Origin: an uncultured Bacteroidales bacterium
Lineage (GTDB): Bacteria > Bacteroidota > Bacteroidia > Bacteroidales > B18-G4
Direction of reading: 5' to 3'
Assembly: GCA_964404735.1 (NCBI GenBank)
Contig: CAYOLA010000052.1
Span: 3,452-67,451, forward strand
Length of the DNA: 64,000 nt
A program made the translations under genes and the position numbers. Shown in pieces: positions 32,142-41,913 of this stretch. The notes beneath the pieces were generated by a model. That model saw only the letters and a program-made list of their open reading frames with translations. It was not told the DNA's origin and ran no database searches. Positions within the stretch are counted from its first letter, which is position 1. Every line of letters begins with the position of its first letter.

Positions 32142-32729
32142 TCATTTGTTGTTCATAATCCTGTTTAACCACGACGGGACGGGGCTTCCCGGACCGGGAA
32201 CCCTGGCAAAGGGCACGCTCGACAGGCTCTGCACCCTTCCGTGCGGGGTTTCCCGGTGACAATCCCAGCACAGCCGCTCACGGGAATGCCCGTGAAAGGA
32301 ATCGGTAAATGCCATCACACGCTCATTCCTGATCAGGTCGTCATGGCAACGGTGGCAATTCTGCTGAACCACCCGTTTGCCGTCTTCCTTGATGAATATT
32401 GTCTGTGGCTCCAGCCGCAAGGTAAACATATAGGCATGCCTGAGCCCGTCCTTGGCCTTGAAATAATAGGTATTGAAAAAATTATCGTGCGGAACATGAC
32501 AATCATTGCAATGAGCCGCTTCGCGATGCGAACTGTGCGCCCAGGTAGCATATTCGGGAGCCATGATATGGCAGTTGACGCAGGCCTTCGGGTCGTCCGA
32601 CAAATACGAAGCCGCATCGGACACATAAACCAGGAAAAAGAAAAGACCTGCCATGATGCCCGTGATCACGATGGCCGTGAAACGCCAGGAGGCCGGAGGA
32701 AGAAGCCATGCATAGAGTTTCTTTAACAT
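32142..32729 (-). CDS. nrfH: Cytochrome c nitrite reductase small subunit
   Basis: TM anchor, four CxxCH motifs, KAKDGLRH; ATG at 32729. Confidence 0.96.
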   Translation of the reverse strand: MLKKLYAWLLPPASWRFTAIVITGIMAGLFFFLVYVSDAASYLSDDPKACVNCHIMAPEYATWAHSSHREAAHCNDCHVPHDNFFNTYYFKAKDGLRHAYMFTLRLEPQTIFIKEDGKRVVQQNCHRCHDDLIRNERVMAFTDSFHGHSRERLCWDCHRETPHGRVQSLSSVPFARVPGPGSPVPSWLNRIMNNK

Positions 32730-32751
32730 TCCCTTTTTGTTTCGCAAATAA

Positions 32752-32776
32752 GTAAAGATGTACCAAATATATTATT
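32752..32776 (-). promoter_or_regulatory. nrfHA -7 promoter plus candidate Rrf2 operator
   Basis: Minus strand reads AATAATATATTTG-GTA-CATCTT-TAC. Confidence 0.6.
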
Positions 32777-32933
32777 AAGGTCAAATATACGAAGCAGGGG
32801 AATAAAAACGCTGGTAAAAATGCAATTTATAACATGTATAAATTATACAGGTGCAAAGGAGCATCCGATTCCGTCAGGGTAAGGGTCAAATGGATTTACA
32901 AACCATTGAAAGCCAATACTTTTGCATATTTCA

Positions 32934-33812
32934 TCAGAGCCATTCCTCGGAGAGGATATTTCCGCGGATGCCCACCACGGTTTTCTTCAGGGGGATCTTT
33001 CGCCCGGCATTTTCTGCAGCCATCCGGGCCATCTGGACGAGGCCGATGCAGCAGGGGACCTCCATCACCATCACGTGCAGGGTATTGATGCGGGCATCGT
33101 CGATGAGGCTGATCAGTTTCTGTACGTAAACATCGGTACCCGAATCAAGTTTCGGACAGGCAATGGCCAGGCTTTTACCCTTCAGGTAAACCGAATGGAA
33201 ATTGCCGAGGGCGAAGGCTGTGCAGTCGGCAGCCAGCAGCAGGTCGGCACCTTTAAAATATGGAGCATTCGGGTTTACCAGATGCATTTGCACCGGCCAC
33301 TGACGCAATGCCGAAGGGATACCGGCATCCGCATCAATTCCCGCGGCCTGGTTTACGGCTTCCTCATCAATGTCGAATACCATGGCAGCCGCGCCCGGAC
33401 ATCCGCCCGTACAACCATGGTCCGGCAGTTCCTCCCGTAGTTTTTGCATCACCTCATCAGTTGTGTAACCGAGCTCTTCCTGATTCTCGAGAAAACCCAG
33501 GGCTTCACGGAAAAATTCCGTTTCGCCGTGATCCTGCAAATGCTTCAGGTGCGCCACCACGGTATTAAAGCCGTGCTTTACAATCCCGCCCATGACAAGC
33601 GTTTCGCTATAGGGTTCCGCTTCGCGCAACGCAACCTCGATGGCCCCTTCGGGGCACTCCCCGATACATGCCCCCAGGCCGTCGCACATCAAATCGCTTA
33701 TCAAGCGCGCTTTGCCATCAATGATCTGCAGGGCGCCTTCGGGACAGGCAGGGATGCACAAGCCGCATCCATTGCATTTTTCTTCGTCAATCTTTATGAT
33801 CTCCCTTTTCAT
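32934..33812 (-). CDS. 4Fe-4S binding protein (type often found next to hcp)
   Basis: CNGCGLCIPAC, CDGLGACIGEC, QWPVQM, AADC, CPKLD, MEVPCC. Confidence 0.9.
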   Translation of the reverse strand: MKREIIKIDEEKCNGCGLCIPACPEGALQIIDGKARLISDLMCDGLGACIGECPEGAIEVALREAEPYSETLVMGGIVKHGFNTVVAHLKHLQDHGETEFFREALGFLENQEELGYTTDEVMQKLREELPDHGCTGGCPGAAAMVFDIDEEAVNQAAGIDADAGIPSALRQWPVQMHLVNPNAPYFKGADLLLAADCTAFALGNFHSVYLKGKSLAIACPKLDSGTDVYVQKLISLIDDARINTLHVMVMEVPCCIGLVQMARMAAENAGRKIPLKKTVVGIRGNILSEEWL

Positions 33813-33845
33813 CTTATGAATATCTTCCGTGTTTTCGTTAAATAA

Positions 33846-33874
33846 TATATTTGGTATTTAATTACGCAAATATA
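33846..33874. promoter_or_regulatory. Palindromic candidate Rrf2 operator overlapping the -7 promoter
   Basis: TATATTTG-GTATTTAATTAC-G-CAAATATA. Confidence 0.7.
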
Positions 33875-33915
33875 CAATTATTCAGATAAATGAAAGGAAG
33901 GGTGGAAAAAAAATA

Positions 33916-34320
33916 TTATTCTTTTATGAACTGATCGAGGGTTTGTGATTGCAGGTACTCCCTGAAGTTGAGCGTAAGGTCTTTCATCACATTCCTGAAA
34001 ATGCATTTATCGAAAGGACAAATGGGTTTGTCGAGCGGGCATTTGGTTACGACGATGCGGCCTTCGATGGCCTCATAAATATCGAGAAAGCTGATCTCCG
34101 CTGCTTCTTTTTTCAACATAAAACCACCCGATGGGCCACGGCTCGATGAAATGAACCCTTCTTTTACAAGCCGCTGAAACACTTTGGCTACATGATGCCG
34201 CGAACTGGCGGTAAGCTCGGAAATGTGGTTTACATTCACCAGCTTTTCGGACCTGGCAACAAGGATCATCCCGTGAATGGCAATGGAAGCTGCCTCGCTC
34301 AGGTTAAGTATTCGTGACAT
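33916..34320 (-). CDS. Rrf2-family transcriptional regulator with three C-terminal Cys
   Basis: SSRGPSGGF wing, DIYEAIEG, C-x6-C-x4-C. Confidence 0.93.
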   Translation of the reverse strand: MSRILNLSEAASIAIHGMILVARSEKLVNVNHISELTASSRHHVAKVFQRLVKEGFISSSRGPSGGFMLKKEAAEISFLDIYEAIEGRIVVTKCPLDKPICPFDKCIFRNVMKDLTLNFREYLQSQTLDQFIKE

Positions 34321-34333
34321 CCTGTTAATTTTA

Positions 34334-34354
34334 GTAATTAAATACTCAAATATA
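34334..34354 (-). promoter_or_regulatory. rrf2 -7 promoter plus candidate autoregulatory operator
   Basis: Minus strand TATATTTG-A-GTATTTAATTAC; the 12-bp core is identical to 33854-33865. Confidence 0.7.
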
Positions 34355-34523
34355 AACCCTATTTCGGCTCAACACGGAAACAGTTTGCTATTTTTTGGGA
34401 AATAACATAATTTACAACCATTATAAATAAGCGGGCGCTTTCCCCGTGGCTCCACGGCTATGGCAAATTTGCTTTTCGCATGGCTTTGGGTTATATTTGT
34501 ATTGATCCTTTAAACATCCAGGC

Positions 34524-35396
34524 ATGAAAAAGATACTCGTCCCCCTCGATTTCTCAGAAGACAGCGCCATGGTTGCGCATTATGCGCTCGACTTCGCGCG
34601 ACAGGAAGACACCAAAATATGTCTGATGCATGCAGCTTTCGACCGTCTTGTGATACCGGAAAGGACTTTCCCCGGCAGCATAGAAACCGAGTATTACATC
34701 AGCGAGCAATTACTGAAAGACCAACAGGAACAAGCCCGGGAACGCCTGAATCTGCAATTGAAGCTGATCCGGAAAATAGCCCGCGGAGCGGGCATCAGCG
34801 GTGTCAGCTTCACCACACATACCGGCAGTGCCGAACCGGCATTCGAAATACTGGAATACTGCGCCCTTTTCCGGCCCGACCTGATCGTGATGGGCAGCAG
34901 CGGGAGTGGCAACAAAGGCTTTCTGGAAGGCAGTGTATCAAAAAAGGTGATGAACAATGCCAATGTGCCGGTCCTGGCAGTTAGTCATGATTGTGATTAT
35001 AAAACAGTGACGAACATCCTGTACATGACTGATTATGAAAAGGCCGACCTGGAGGCCATCCAGTCTGTCATCAGGCTTTTCAGCCAACGCCCCTTCCGGA
35101 TTTGGGTACTTCACCTGTCAGGTGAATACCGGATGGAGGAGGCAGGACGGCAAATGGAGGAGCTGAAAAACAAATTTAAAAAAGAAGAAAAGAAAGGGCT
35201 GATCGCCTTTTTTACCGAAAAAAGGGTCGATTACCGCAAAGAAGTACTGGAGTTTATTTCAGACCATGATATCCACCTCATCAGCTTCATTCCCCATAAA
35301 CGAAACTTCCTTGAAGGATTCTTCAGAAAAGTGATGACAAAAAAGGACCTGTTTGAAGCCAAACTACCCTTGCTGGCCATCCCGTCAAAGGCATAA
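34524..35396 (+). CDS. Universal stress protein (tandem USP)
   Basis: KKILVPLDFS; DLIVMGSSG...GSVS..V...VPVLAV. Confidence 0.92.
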   Translation: MKKILVPLDFSEDSAMVAHYALDFARQEDTKICLMHAAFDRLVIPERTFPGSIETEYYISEQLLKDQQEQARERLNLQLKLIRKIARGAGISGVSFTTHTGSAEPAFEILEYCALFRPDLIVMGSSGSGNKGFLEGSVSKKVMNNANVPVLAVSHDCDYKTVTNILYMTDYEKADLEAIQSVIRLFSQRPFRIWVLHLSGEYRMEEAGRQMEELKNKFKKEEKKGLIAFFTEKRVDYRKEVLEFISDHDIHLISFIPHKRNFLEGFFRKVMTKKDLFEAKLPLLAIPSKA

Positions 35397-35567
35397 CATA
35401 CTGATTACCTAGTTTTTACCCTCCGGCCTTCAGCATCCCATGCCGCAATATTATTCCGGAAATCCCGGTCATGCCCCCAATATTTTTCAAATCCGGGCAG
35501 CACATGCACGGTGGCATTTCGGTACAATGTACTATATTTGAAAACTGATTACAGGCAACTACCGGGT

Positions 35568-37535
35568 ATGAAGCTTTCAGTCGTCATCGTCAATTACAAT
35601 GTCAGGCATTTCCTTGAACAGTGCCTCAGTTCGGTACGCCGGGCTGTACGGGGCATTGAAGCGGAAGTATGGGTGGTCGACAACAATTCCGTTGACGGCT
35701 CGGTGCGCATGCTGCACGAAAAATTCCCTGAAGTCAGGGTGATCGCCAACCGTGAGAATCTCGGGTTTTCAAAGGCCAACAACCAGGCCATCCGTCAGTC
35801 GGAAGGAGAATACGTGCTGCTGCTCAATCCCGATACGGTTGTGGAGGACGACACCTTTACAAAGATCATCGCCTTCATGGACGCGCATCCTGAAGCTGGA
35901 GGACTGGGCGTTAAGATGATCGACGGCAAGGGAAATTTCCTGCCGGAATCGAAGCGTGGCCTGCCCACCCCGGATGTGGCCTTTTACAAAATATTCGGGC
36001 TGTCGAAGATCTTCCCGCGATCGAAGATATTCGGCAAATACCACCTCGGTTACCTCGACAAGGACAAATTGCACGAGGTGGAAATCCTTTCGGGCGCCTT
36101 TATGTTCATGCGGCGCTCAGCCCTCGACAAGACCGGCCTGCTCGATGAATCCTTTTTCATGTATGGCGAAGACATTGACCTTTCCTACCGCATCATCAAA
36201 GCCGGATATAAGAATTACTATTTCCCCGAAACAAGGATCATCCATTACAAAGGCGAAAGCACAAAAAAAAGCAGCATCAACTACGTTTTTGTCTTTTACA
36301 ATGCCATGGTGATCTTTGCCCGCAAACATTTTTCCCAAAAGAACGCCAGGCTCTTCTCATTCCTGATCAACCTGGCCATCTGGCTGCGGGCTTCCATTGC
36401 CATCTTCAACCGATTCATCAAAAAGGCACTGCTCCCGCTGATCGATACCGCCCTCATTTTCGGCGGCATCTTTTTCATCAAGGAATACTGGGAATCACGC
36501 GTAATTTTCCCCGACGGGGGAAGTTACCCCATGGCCTTTATTGCTGTGGCCGTGCCCTTGTATATCATTATCTGGCTGTTGTCAGTATATCTCAGCGGAG
36601 GATACGACAGGCCCATCCGGATTATCCGCATTTTTCAGGGCATCACGGTAGGCACCATTATCATCCTGGTTGGCTATGCCCTTCTCAGTGAATCGTACCG
36701 CTTTTCAAGGGCCATCATTATCCTCGGCGCGGTGTGGGGACTCATCTCCATGACCGGCCTGCGCCTGCTGCTACACATAGCGGGATTTAAGGAATACCGC
36801 ATCGGCATGGCTAAAAACAAGCGGTTTATCATTGTTGGAGATGCCGAAGAAGCCGGGCGGGTATCGGACCTGCTGCACAAGACCTTCCTGGCACCGGTCT
36901 TCGTCGGGCTTGTCAGCATCCGCCAGGGAAACAACAACCACGAAAATTTTATCGGAAGTATCGACCAGATATCAGAGATCATCCCCATCTACCGGATCTC
37001 CGAAGTGATCTTCTGCTCAAAAAGCCTCCCCCACCAGGTGATCATCGACAAAATGTCGGAGTTGCAGCACTTCAAGGTCGACTTCAGGATCGCACCCGAA
37101 GACAGCCTGTCCATTATCGGCAGTAGTTCGATCAATACTTCCGGCGACCTGTATACCGTTGATATCAACTCCATCAGCAATCCCAAAAACCGCAGGAACA
37201 AACGTTTTACCGATATCGTGGTATCCCTTGTAATGCTGGCTCTGCTGCCTGTAAACCTTTTTATTGTCCGTAATCCGGCCGGTCTGCTCCGCAACATCTT
37301 CGGGGTTCTCATCGGAAAATTCACCTGGGTAGGTTATGCCCGTCACCATGAATCGGATCCGGAAAAACTGCCAAAGATTAAAAAAGGGATACTCAACCCG
37401 GAGGATGCCTTTGGCAGGAAGCGGCTGAACCCCGATATCACCGGAAAACTCAACATGATCTATGCCAGGGACTATAATTTCATGACCGACCTGAACATCA
37501 TTTTCAGGGGATACCGTGCGACCGGAAGGATATAA
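35568..37535 (+). CDS. GT2 glycosyltransferase fused to membrane and degenerate sugar-transferase domains
   Basis: MKLSVVIVNYN, VDNNSVD, LLNPD, FMYGEDID; TM bundle; KRFTDIV...Y....DLNII. Confidence 0.88.
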   Translation: MKLSVVIVNYNVRHFLEQCLSSVRRAVRGIEAEVWVVDNNSVDGSVRMLHEKFPEVRVIANRENLGFSKANNQAIRQSEGEYVLLLNPDTVVEDDTFTKIIAFMDAHPEAGGLGVKMIDGKGNFLPESKRGLPTPDVAFYKIFGLSKIFPRSKIFGKYHLGYLDKDKLHEVEILSGAFMFMRRSALDKTGLLDESFFMYGEDIDLSYRIIKAGYKNYYFPETRIIHYKGESTKKSSINYVFVFYNAMVIFARKHFSQKNARLFSFLINLAIWLRASIAIFNRFIKKALLPLIDTALIFGGIFFIKEYWESRVIFPDGGSYPMAFIAVAVPLYIIIWLLSVYLSGGYDRPIRIIRIFQGITVGTIIILVGYALLSESYRFSRAIIILGAVWGLISMTGLRLLLHIAGFKEYRIGMAKNKRFIIVGDAEEAGRVSDLLHKTFLAPVFVGLVSIRQGNNNHENFIGSIDQISEIIPIYRISEVIFCSKSLPHQVIIDKMSELQHFKVDFRIAPEDSLSIIGSSSINTSGDLYTVDINSISNPKNRRNKRFTDIVVSLVMLALLPVNLFIVRNPAGLLRNIFGVLIGKFTWVGYARHHESDPEKLPKIKKGILNPEDAFGRKRLNPDITGKLNMIYARDYNFMTDLNIIFRGYRATGRI

Positions 37536-37606
37536 TGTTGATGCGTTTGACAAATTGAACATAAAAGCCTGTAAATTGTATATATATTGAATTAAAGAAA
37601 TTAACC

Positions 37607-38914
37607 ATGGCCAGATTTGAGATCGTAATGCCCAAGCTTGGCGAAAGCATCATCGAAGCCACCATCACCAAATGGCTGAAATCGCCCGGCGACACCATAG
37701 AAGAGGACGACCCCATTGTTGAGATCGCCACCGACAAGGTTGATTCAGAGATCCCGTCTCCCGTGGAAGGAGTACTGAAAGAGGTCTTTTTCCAGGAAGG
37801 CGATGTTGTAGAAGTAGGCAAGATCATTGCCATTGTCGATACCGGTGGTGAAGCTTCCGAAGAGGAAAATCCGGATAAAAAGAAGGAAGAAAGCCCCGCC
37901 GTGAAACCTGAAAAGGAAGATGAGGGCAAAAAAGCTGACGAAAAACCGGTTGCTGACACTTCTGCTGAAGAATCGACTGAGCCCACACGCTTCTATTCAC
38001 CCCTGGTAAAGAAAATTGCATCTACCGAGGGCGTTTCCATGGGCGAACTGGAAAAAATTGAAGGCAGCGGAAAAGAGGGCCGCGTGACCAAACAGGACAT
38101 CCTTGATTACCTAAAGAAAAGGCCTGCCCAAGCTGCATCCCCGGCTAGGGATGAAAAGCCGGCAACAACTGTAAAGGCAGAAGCTCCTGCAGTTACAACA
38201 GCAGCCGGTGACGAGATCATCGAGATGGATCGTATGCGCAGGCTCATTGCCGACCATATGGTGATGTCGAAACAGATCTCGCCCCATGTCACTTCCTTCA
38301 TCGAAGTGGACATGACTCCGATCGTGAACTGGCGCAACGGCGTAAAGGACATGCTCCTGAAGCGCGAAGGGGAAAAGATCACCTATACACCCATCATCAT
38401 TGAAGCAGCTGCGCAGGCCATCAAGGAATACCCGCGCGTCAACGCCTCGGTCGACGGGAACAATATGATCATCCGCAAGAATATCCACATCGGCATGGCG
38501 GCAGCCCTGCCCGACGGCAACCTCATTGTACCGGTAATAAAAAATGCCGACCAGAAGAGCCTCCTCGGCCTGACCAAGGACGTGAATGACCTGGCCCAAA
38601 GGGCGCGCGCCAACAAGCTGCTTCCCGACGAGATACAGGGAGGCACCTTTACCACGACCAATTTCGGCAGCTTTTCCAGCATTACCGGCACGCCCATCAT
38701 CAACCAGCCCCAGGTGGCCATACTCGGCATCGGCGCCATCCGCAAAAAACCCGTGGTGATCGAAACACCCCAGGGCGACATGATCGGCATCCGCCACATG
38801 ATGATCCTCTCACTGGCCTACGACCACCGTATTGTTGACGGTGCCCTGGGCGGGATGTACCTGAAAAGGCTGGCCGAACTGCTTGAAAATTTCGATACCG
38901 GCAGGAATATCTGA
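37607..38914 (+). CDS. 2-oxoacid dehydrogenase E2 dihydrolipoamide acyltransferase (branched-chain type)
   Basis: Lipoyl ATDKVDSE, E3-binding domain, YDHRIVDG. Confidence 0.93.
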   Translation: MARFEIVMPKLGESIIEATITKWLKSPGDTIEEDDPIVEIATDKVDSEIPSPVEGVLKEVFFQEGDVVEVGKIIAIVDTGGEASEEENPDKKKEESPAVKPEKEDEGKKADEKPVADTSAEESTEPTRFYSPLVKKIASTEGVSMGELEKIEGSGKEGRVTKQDILDYLKKRPAQAASPARDEKPATTVKAEAPAVTTAAGDEIIEMDRMRRLIADHMVMSKQISPHVTSFIEVDMTPIVNWRNGVKDMLLKREGEKITYTPIIIEAAAQAIKEYPRVNASVDGNNMIIRKNIHIGMAAALPDGNLIVPVIKNADQKSLLGLTKDVNDLAQRARANKLLPDEIQGGTFTTTNFGSFSSITGTPIINQPQVAILGIGAIRKKPVVIETPQGDMIGIRHMMILSLAYDHRIVDGALGGMYLKRLAELLENFDTGRNI

Positions 38915-38982
38915 TGAACGGCATGGCTCATTCCCATAATTCATGTATTTTCGCCAAATAACATCAGACACCCTTATTCATT

Positions 38983-39798
38983 ATGGAATTAAACCTCAGC
39001 AAGCCCCTGGCCGTCATCGACCTTGAAACAACCGGCATCAGGGTAGCCAACGACCGCATCGTAGAGATCTGCATCGTCAGGAATGAACCTGACAACAGTA
39101 CACAAACGCACACTTACCGCGTCAATCCAGAAATGCCCATCTCCCTTGATTCGACACTTATCCACGGCATCTCCGATGAAGACGTGAAAGACGCACCCAC
39201 CTTTAAACAACTGGCTCCCAAAATCCATGCGCTGCTTGAAGGTTGCGACCTGGCCGGGTATAATTCCAATAAATTCGATATCCCCCTGCTGGTGGAGGAA
39301 TTTCTGCGTGCCGGCATTGATTTCGACCTGCGTGACCGTTATTTTATTGATGTACAAAACATCTTCCACCGCATGGAACCCAGGAACCTCCGTGCCGCAT
39401 ACAAGTTTTACTGCGGTAAGGAGCTGATGGATGCGCACTCGGCCGAAGCCGATACCCTGGCAACCTTTGAGATACTAAAGGCCCAGATCGAACGCTATCA
39501 AGACACTGAATACAAAGACGAAGAAGGAAACGTCAGCATACCGGTTAAGAACGACATGAAAGCCCTGCACGCCTTCTCATACAACACACGCTTTGTCGAC
39601 CTGGTCGGGCATATTGTTTTCAATGCCAAACAGGAAGAGGTCTTTAACTTTGGCAAACACAAAGGCAGAAGTGTGGAAGAGGTTTTCAGGATTGAACCGC
39701 AATATTTCGACTGGATGATGAAAGCCGAATTCCCGCTGTCGACCAAAAAAGTAGTGGCAGCCATCAGGAAACGCTTTATCCGTCCCGGTCAAATATAA
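38983..39798 (+). CDS. DnaQ-like DEDDh 3'-5' exonuclease (Pol III epsilon-like)
   Basis: DLETTG, YNSNKFD, HSAEAD; C-terminal FGKHKG. Confidence 0.92.
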   Translation: MELNLSKPLAVIDLETTGIRVANDRIVEICIVRNEPDNSTQTHTYRVNPEMPISLDSTLIHGISDEDVKDAPTFKQLAPKIHALLEGCDLAGYNSNKFDIPLLVEEFLRAGIDFDLRDRYFIDVQNIFHRMEPRNLRAAYKFYCGKELMDAHSAEADTLATFEILKAQIERYQDTEYKDEEGNVSIPVKNDMKALHAFSYNTRFVDLVGHIVFNAKQEEVFNFGKHKGRSVEEVFRIEPQYFDWMMKAEFPLSTKKVVAAIRKRFIRPGQI

Positions 39799-39833
39799 AC
39801 CCCTGATCAATAACCCGGAGCAGCAAAATCATC

Positions 39834-40448
39834 ATGAAGATATTCTGTATTGGAAGAAACTACAGCGAACACGCCAGGGAGCTGAAGAATGCAGTACCCG
39901 AAACGCCCGTTTTTTTTCTGAAACCCGACACGGCCCTGCTCAGGAGAAACCGCCCGTTCTATTACCCTGAATTCTCTTCAAACATCCATTACGAATGCGA
40001 ACTGGTGGTTCGCATCTGCAAGCTCGGTAAGGGCATTCACCCGCAGTTTGCCCATACCTATTACGAAGAGATTGGTATTGGCATTGACTTTACCGCCCGC
40101 GACCTGCAGGATAAAGCCAAGGCAAAAGGGCTCCCCTGGGAGATTGCCAAGGCATTCGACCATTCGGCACCCCTCAGCGATGCGTTCATCAATAAAAAAG
40201 AGTTTTCCGGACCGGATAATATCCCATTCAGCCTTGTGAAGAACGGAGAAACCGTTCAACAGGGAAATTCCGGCAATATGATCTTTAGCATCGATGCACT
40301 TATCACATACCTCTCAGACTTCTTCACCCTTAAAACAGGCGACCTGATCTTTACCGGCACACCTGCAGGCGTCGGGCCGGTTAAGCCCGGCGACAGGCTG
40401 GAGGCCTATATCGGCGACAAGCTGATGCTGAAGTGTGATATCAAGTAG
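39834..40448 (+). CDS. Fumarylacetoacetate hydrolase family protein
   Basis: CIGRNY, HYECEL, DFTARDLQ, TGTPAGVG. Confidence 0.93.
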   Translation: MKIFCIGRNYSEHARELKNAVPETPVFFLKPDTALLRRNRPFYYPEFSSNIHYECELVVRICKLGKGIHPQFAHTYYEEIGIGIDFTARDLQDKAKAKGLPWEIAKAFDHSAPLSDAFINKKEFSGPDNIPFSLVKNGETVQQGNSGNMIFSIDALITYLSDFFTLKTGDLIFTGTPAGVGPVKPGDRLEAYIGDKLMLKCDIK

Positions 40449-40504
40449 TTGTGATTTCCGGGAAATCACTCCTGTTCAATAGGTAAGAAAAACAAACTGA
40501 CGCT

Positions 40505-40795
40505 TTAACGGAACACCACATCCTTTACCACCTCTTCGCCGGCGGCCTCATTCAGAAGTTCGATGATCCTGCTTTTGGAAAAAGAAAGTTCATTTTTCAG
40601 GGCCGGAGAATCAAGCTTGACAAACAGCTTTGACCCTTTAAAATACAGATCTTTTGTATGGCGGCTGATCATCTCGCCCGTCACCGCCTCCCAGGCAGCG
40701 ATCACACGGGTCTGGCCGATCTTTCCCTGCAGCCTGTACGTTTCCAAAAGCTGCCGGATGACTTCCCCAAGGCTTTGTTCGTTAGAATTCCGCAT
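40505..40795 (-). CDS. DUF721/DciA family protein
   Basis: 96 aa downstream of recF; W..V.G......T...LFVKLDSPALKNEL. Confidence 0.85.
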   Translation of the reverse strand: MRNSNEQSLGEVIRQLLETYRLQGKIGQTRVIAAWEAVTGEMISRHTKDLYFKGSKLFVKLDSPALKNELSFSKSRIIELLNEAAGEEVVKDVVFR

Positions 40796-40800
40796 ACGGT

Positions 40801-41913
40801 CTATTTTTCCGGATTTGACAGTTTACCGGCAATAACGTTATAAATACTGTGATCGATGTCGATCTTTTTGAAGATCTTTTCAATCCGGCCTCGCTGGGTA
40901 TCGGTAATAAATACCTGCCCGAAGCTGTTCTCGCTCACCAGGCTGACCAGTTGCTGTACCCGCTTTTCGTCAAGCTTGTCGAAAATGTCGTCGAACAGCA
41001 GGATGGGCTTATAGGCCTTCACCTCGCTGGTGTAGTCGAACTGGGCCAGTTTTATGGCAATGACGAATGACTTCTGCTGCCCCTGTGAACCGAATTTTTT
41101 AACGGGATGACCAAAGATGCTGAAGGCGAGATCGTCCTTATGGATCCCCTGTGTGGTATATCTCAGCATGCGGTCGCGCTGTATCGATTGCATCAGCAAC
41201 TTATCCGGTTCATCATCATGCAACTGGGATTGATACACGATCGAAACGCGTTCCTTCCCGCCGGTAATAAATGTAAAATACCGCTGAAATATCGGAATAA
41301 AACGTTCGATGAAGGCAGATCGTTTTTCATAGATCTCTTTCCCGAGCCGGGCAAGCTGTTCATCCCAGATATCGATCAGGCCCGGGTCGAAGAAATTCCT
41401 TTCGTAAAACTGCTTGAGCAATGCATTTCGCTGCAGCAGGGCTTTGTTGTAATTGATAAGATCGTCGAGATAGATCTTGTCAAACTGCGCAATGACGCTG
41501 TCGATGAATTTTCGCCTGATATCGCTGCCCTCATTGATCAGGTCACGGTCGTAGGGTGAAACCATCACCAGCGGAAATTCGCCAATATGGTCGGCCAGCC
41601 GTTCATAGGGCTTATCGTTCAGCTTAAAGATCTTTCGCTCCCCGAGTTTCTGGATGCATGTCACCTTATCGCTGTTGTTTCCGTTGCGCATATAGCTTCC
41701 ATGGATGGCAAAGAAGTTTTCGCCATGCATGATATTCTGCATGTCAACGGGGTTGAAGTAACTTTTACAGAACGACAGGTAATGGATGGCATCCAGGATG
41801 TTGGTCTTGCCTGCACCGTTATCGCCCGTAAAGCAGTTGATCTTGGGCGAAAAGACCGTGGATGCTTCGGCGCAGTTCTTAAAATTGTTGATATCAAGAT
41901 TTTGAAGATACAT
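40801..41913 (-). CDS. recF: DNA replication/repair protein RecF
   Basis: GDNGAGKTN Walker A, SQGQQK signature, LLFDD. Confidence 0.97.
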   Translation of the reverse strand: MYLQNLDINNFKNCAEASTVFSPKINCFTGDNGAGKTNILDAIHYLSFCKSYFNPVDMQNIMHGENFFAIHGSYMRNGNNSDKVTCIQKLGERKIFKLNDKPYERLADHIGEFPLVMVSPYDRDLINEGSDIRRKFIDSVIAQFDKIYLDDLINYNKALLQRNALLKQFYERNFFDPGLIDIWDEQLARLGKEIYEKRSAFIERFIPIFQRYFTFITGGKERVSIVYQSQLHDDEPDKLLMQSIQRDRMLRYTTQGIHKDDLAFSIFGHPVKKFGSQGQQKSFVIAIKLAQFDYTSEVKAYKPILLFDDIFDKLDEKRVQQLVSLVSENSFGQVFITDTQRGRIEKIFKKIDIDHSIYNVIAGKLSNPEK

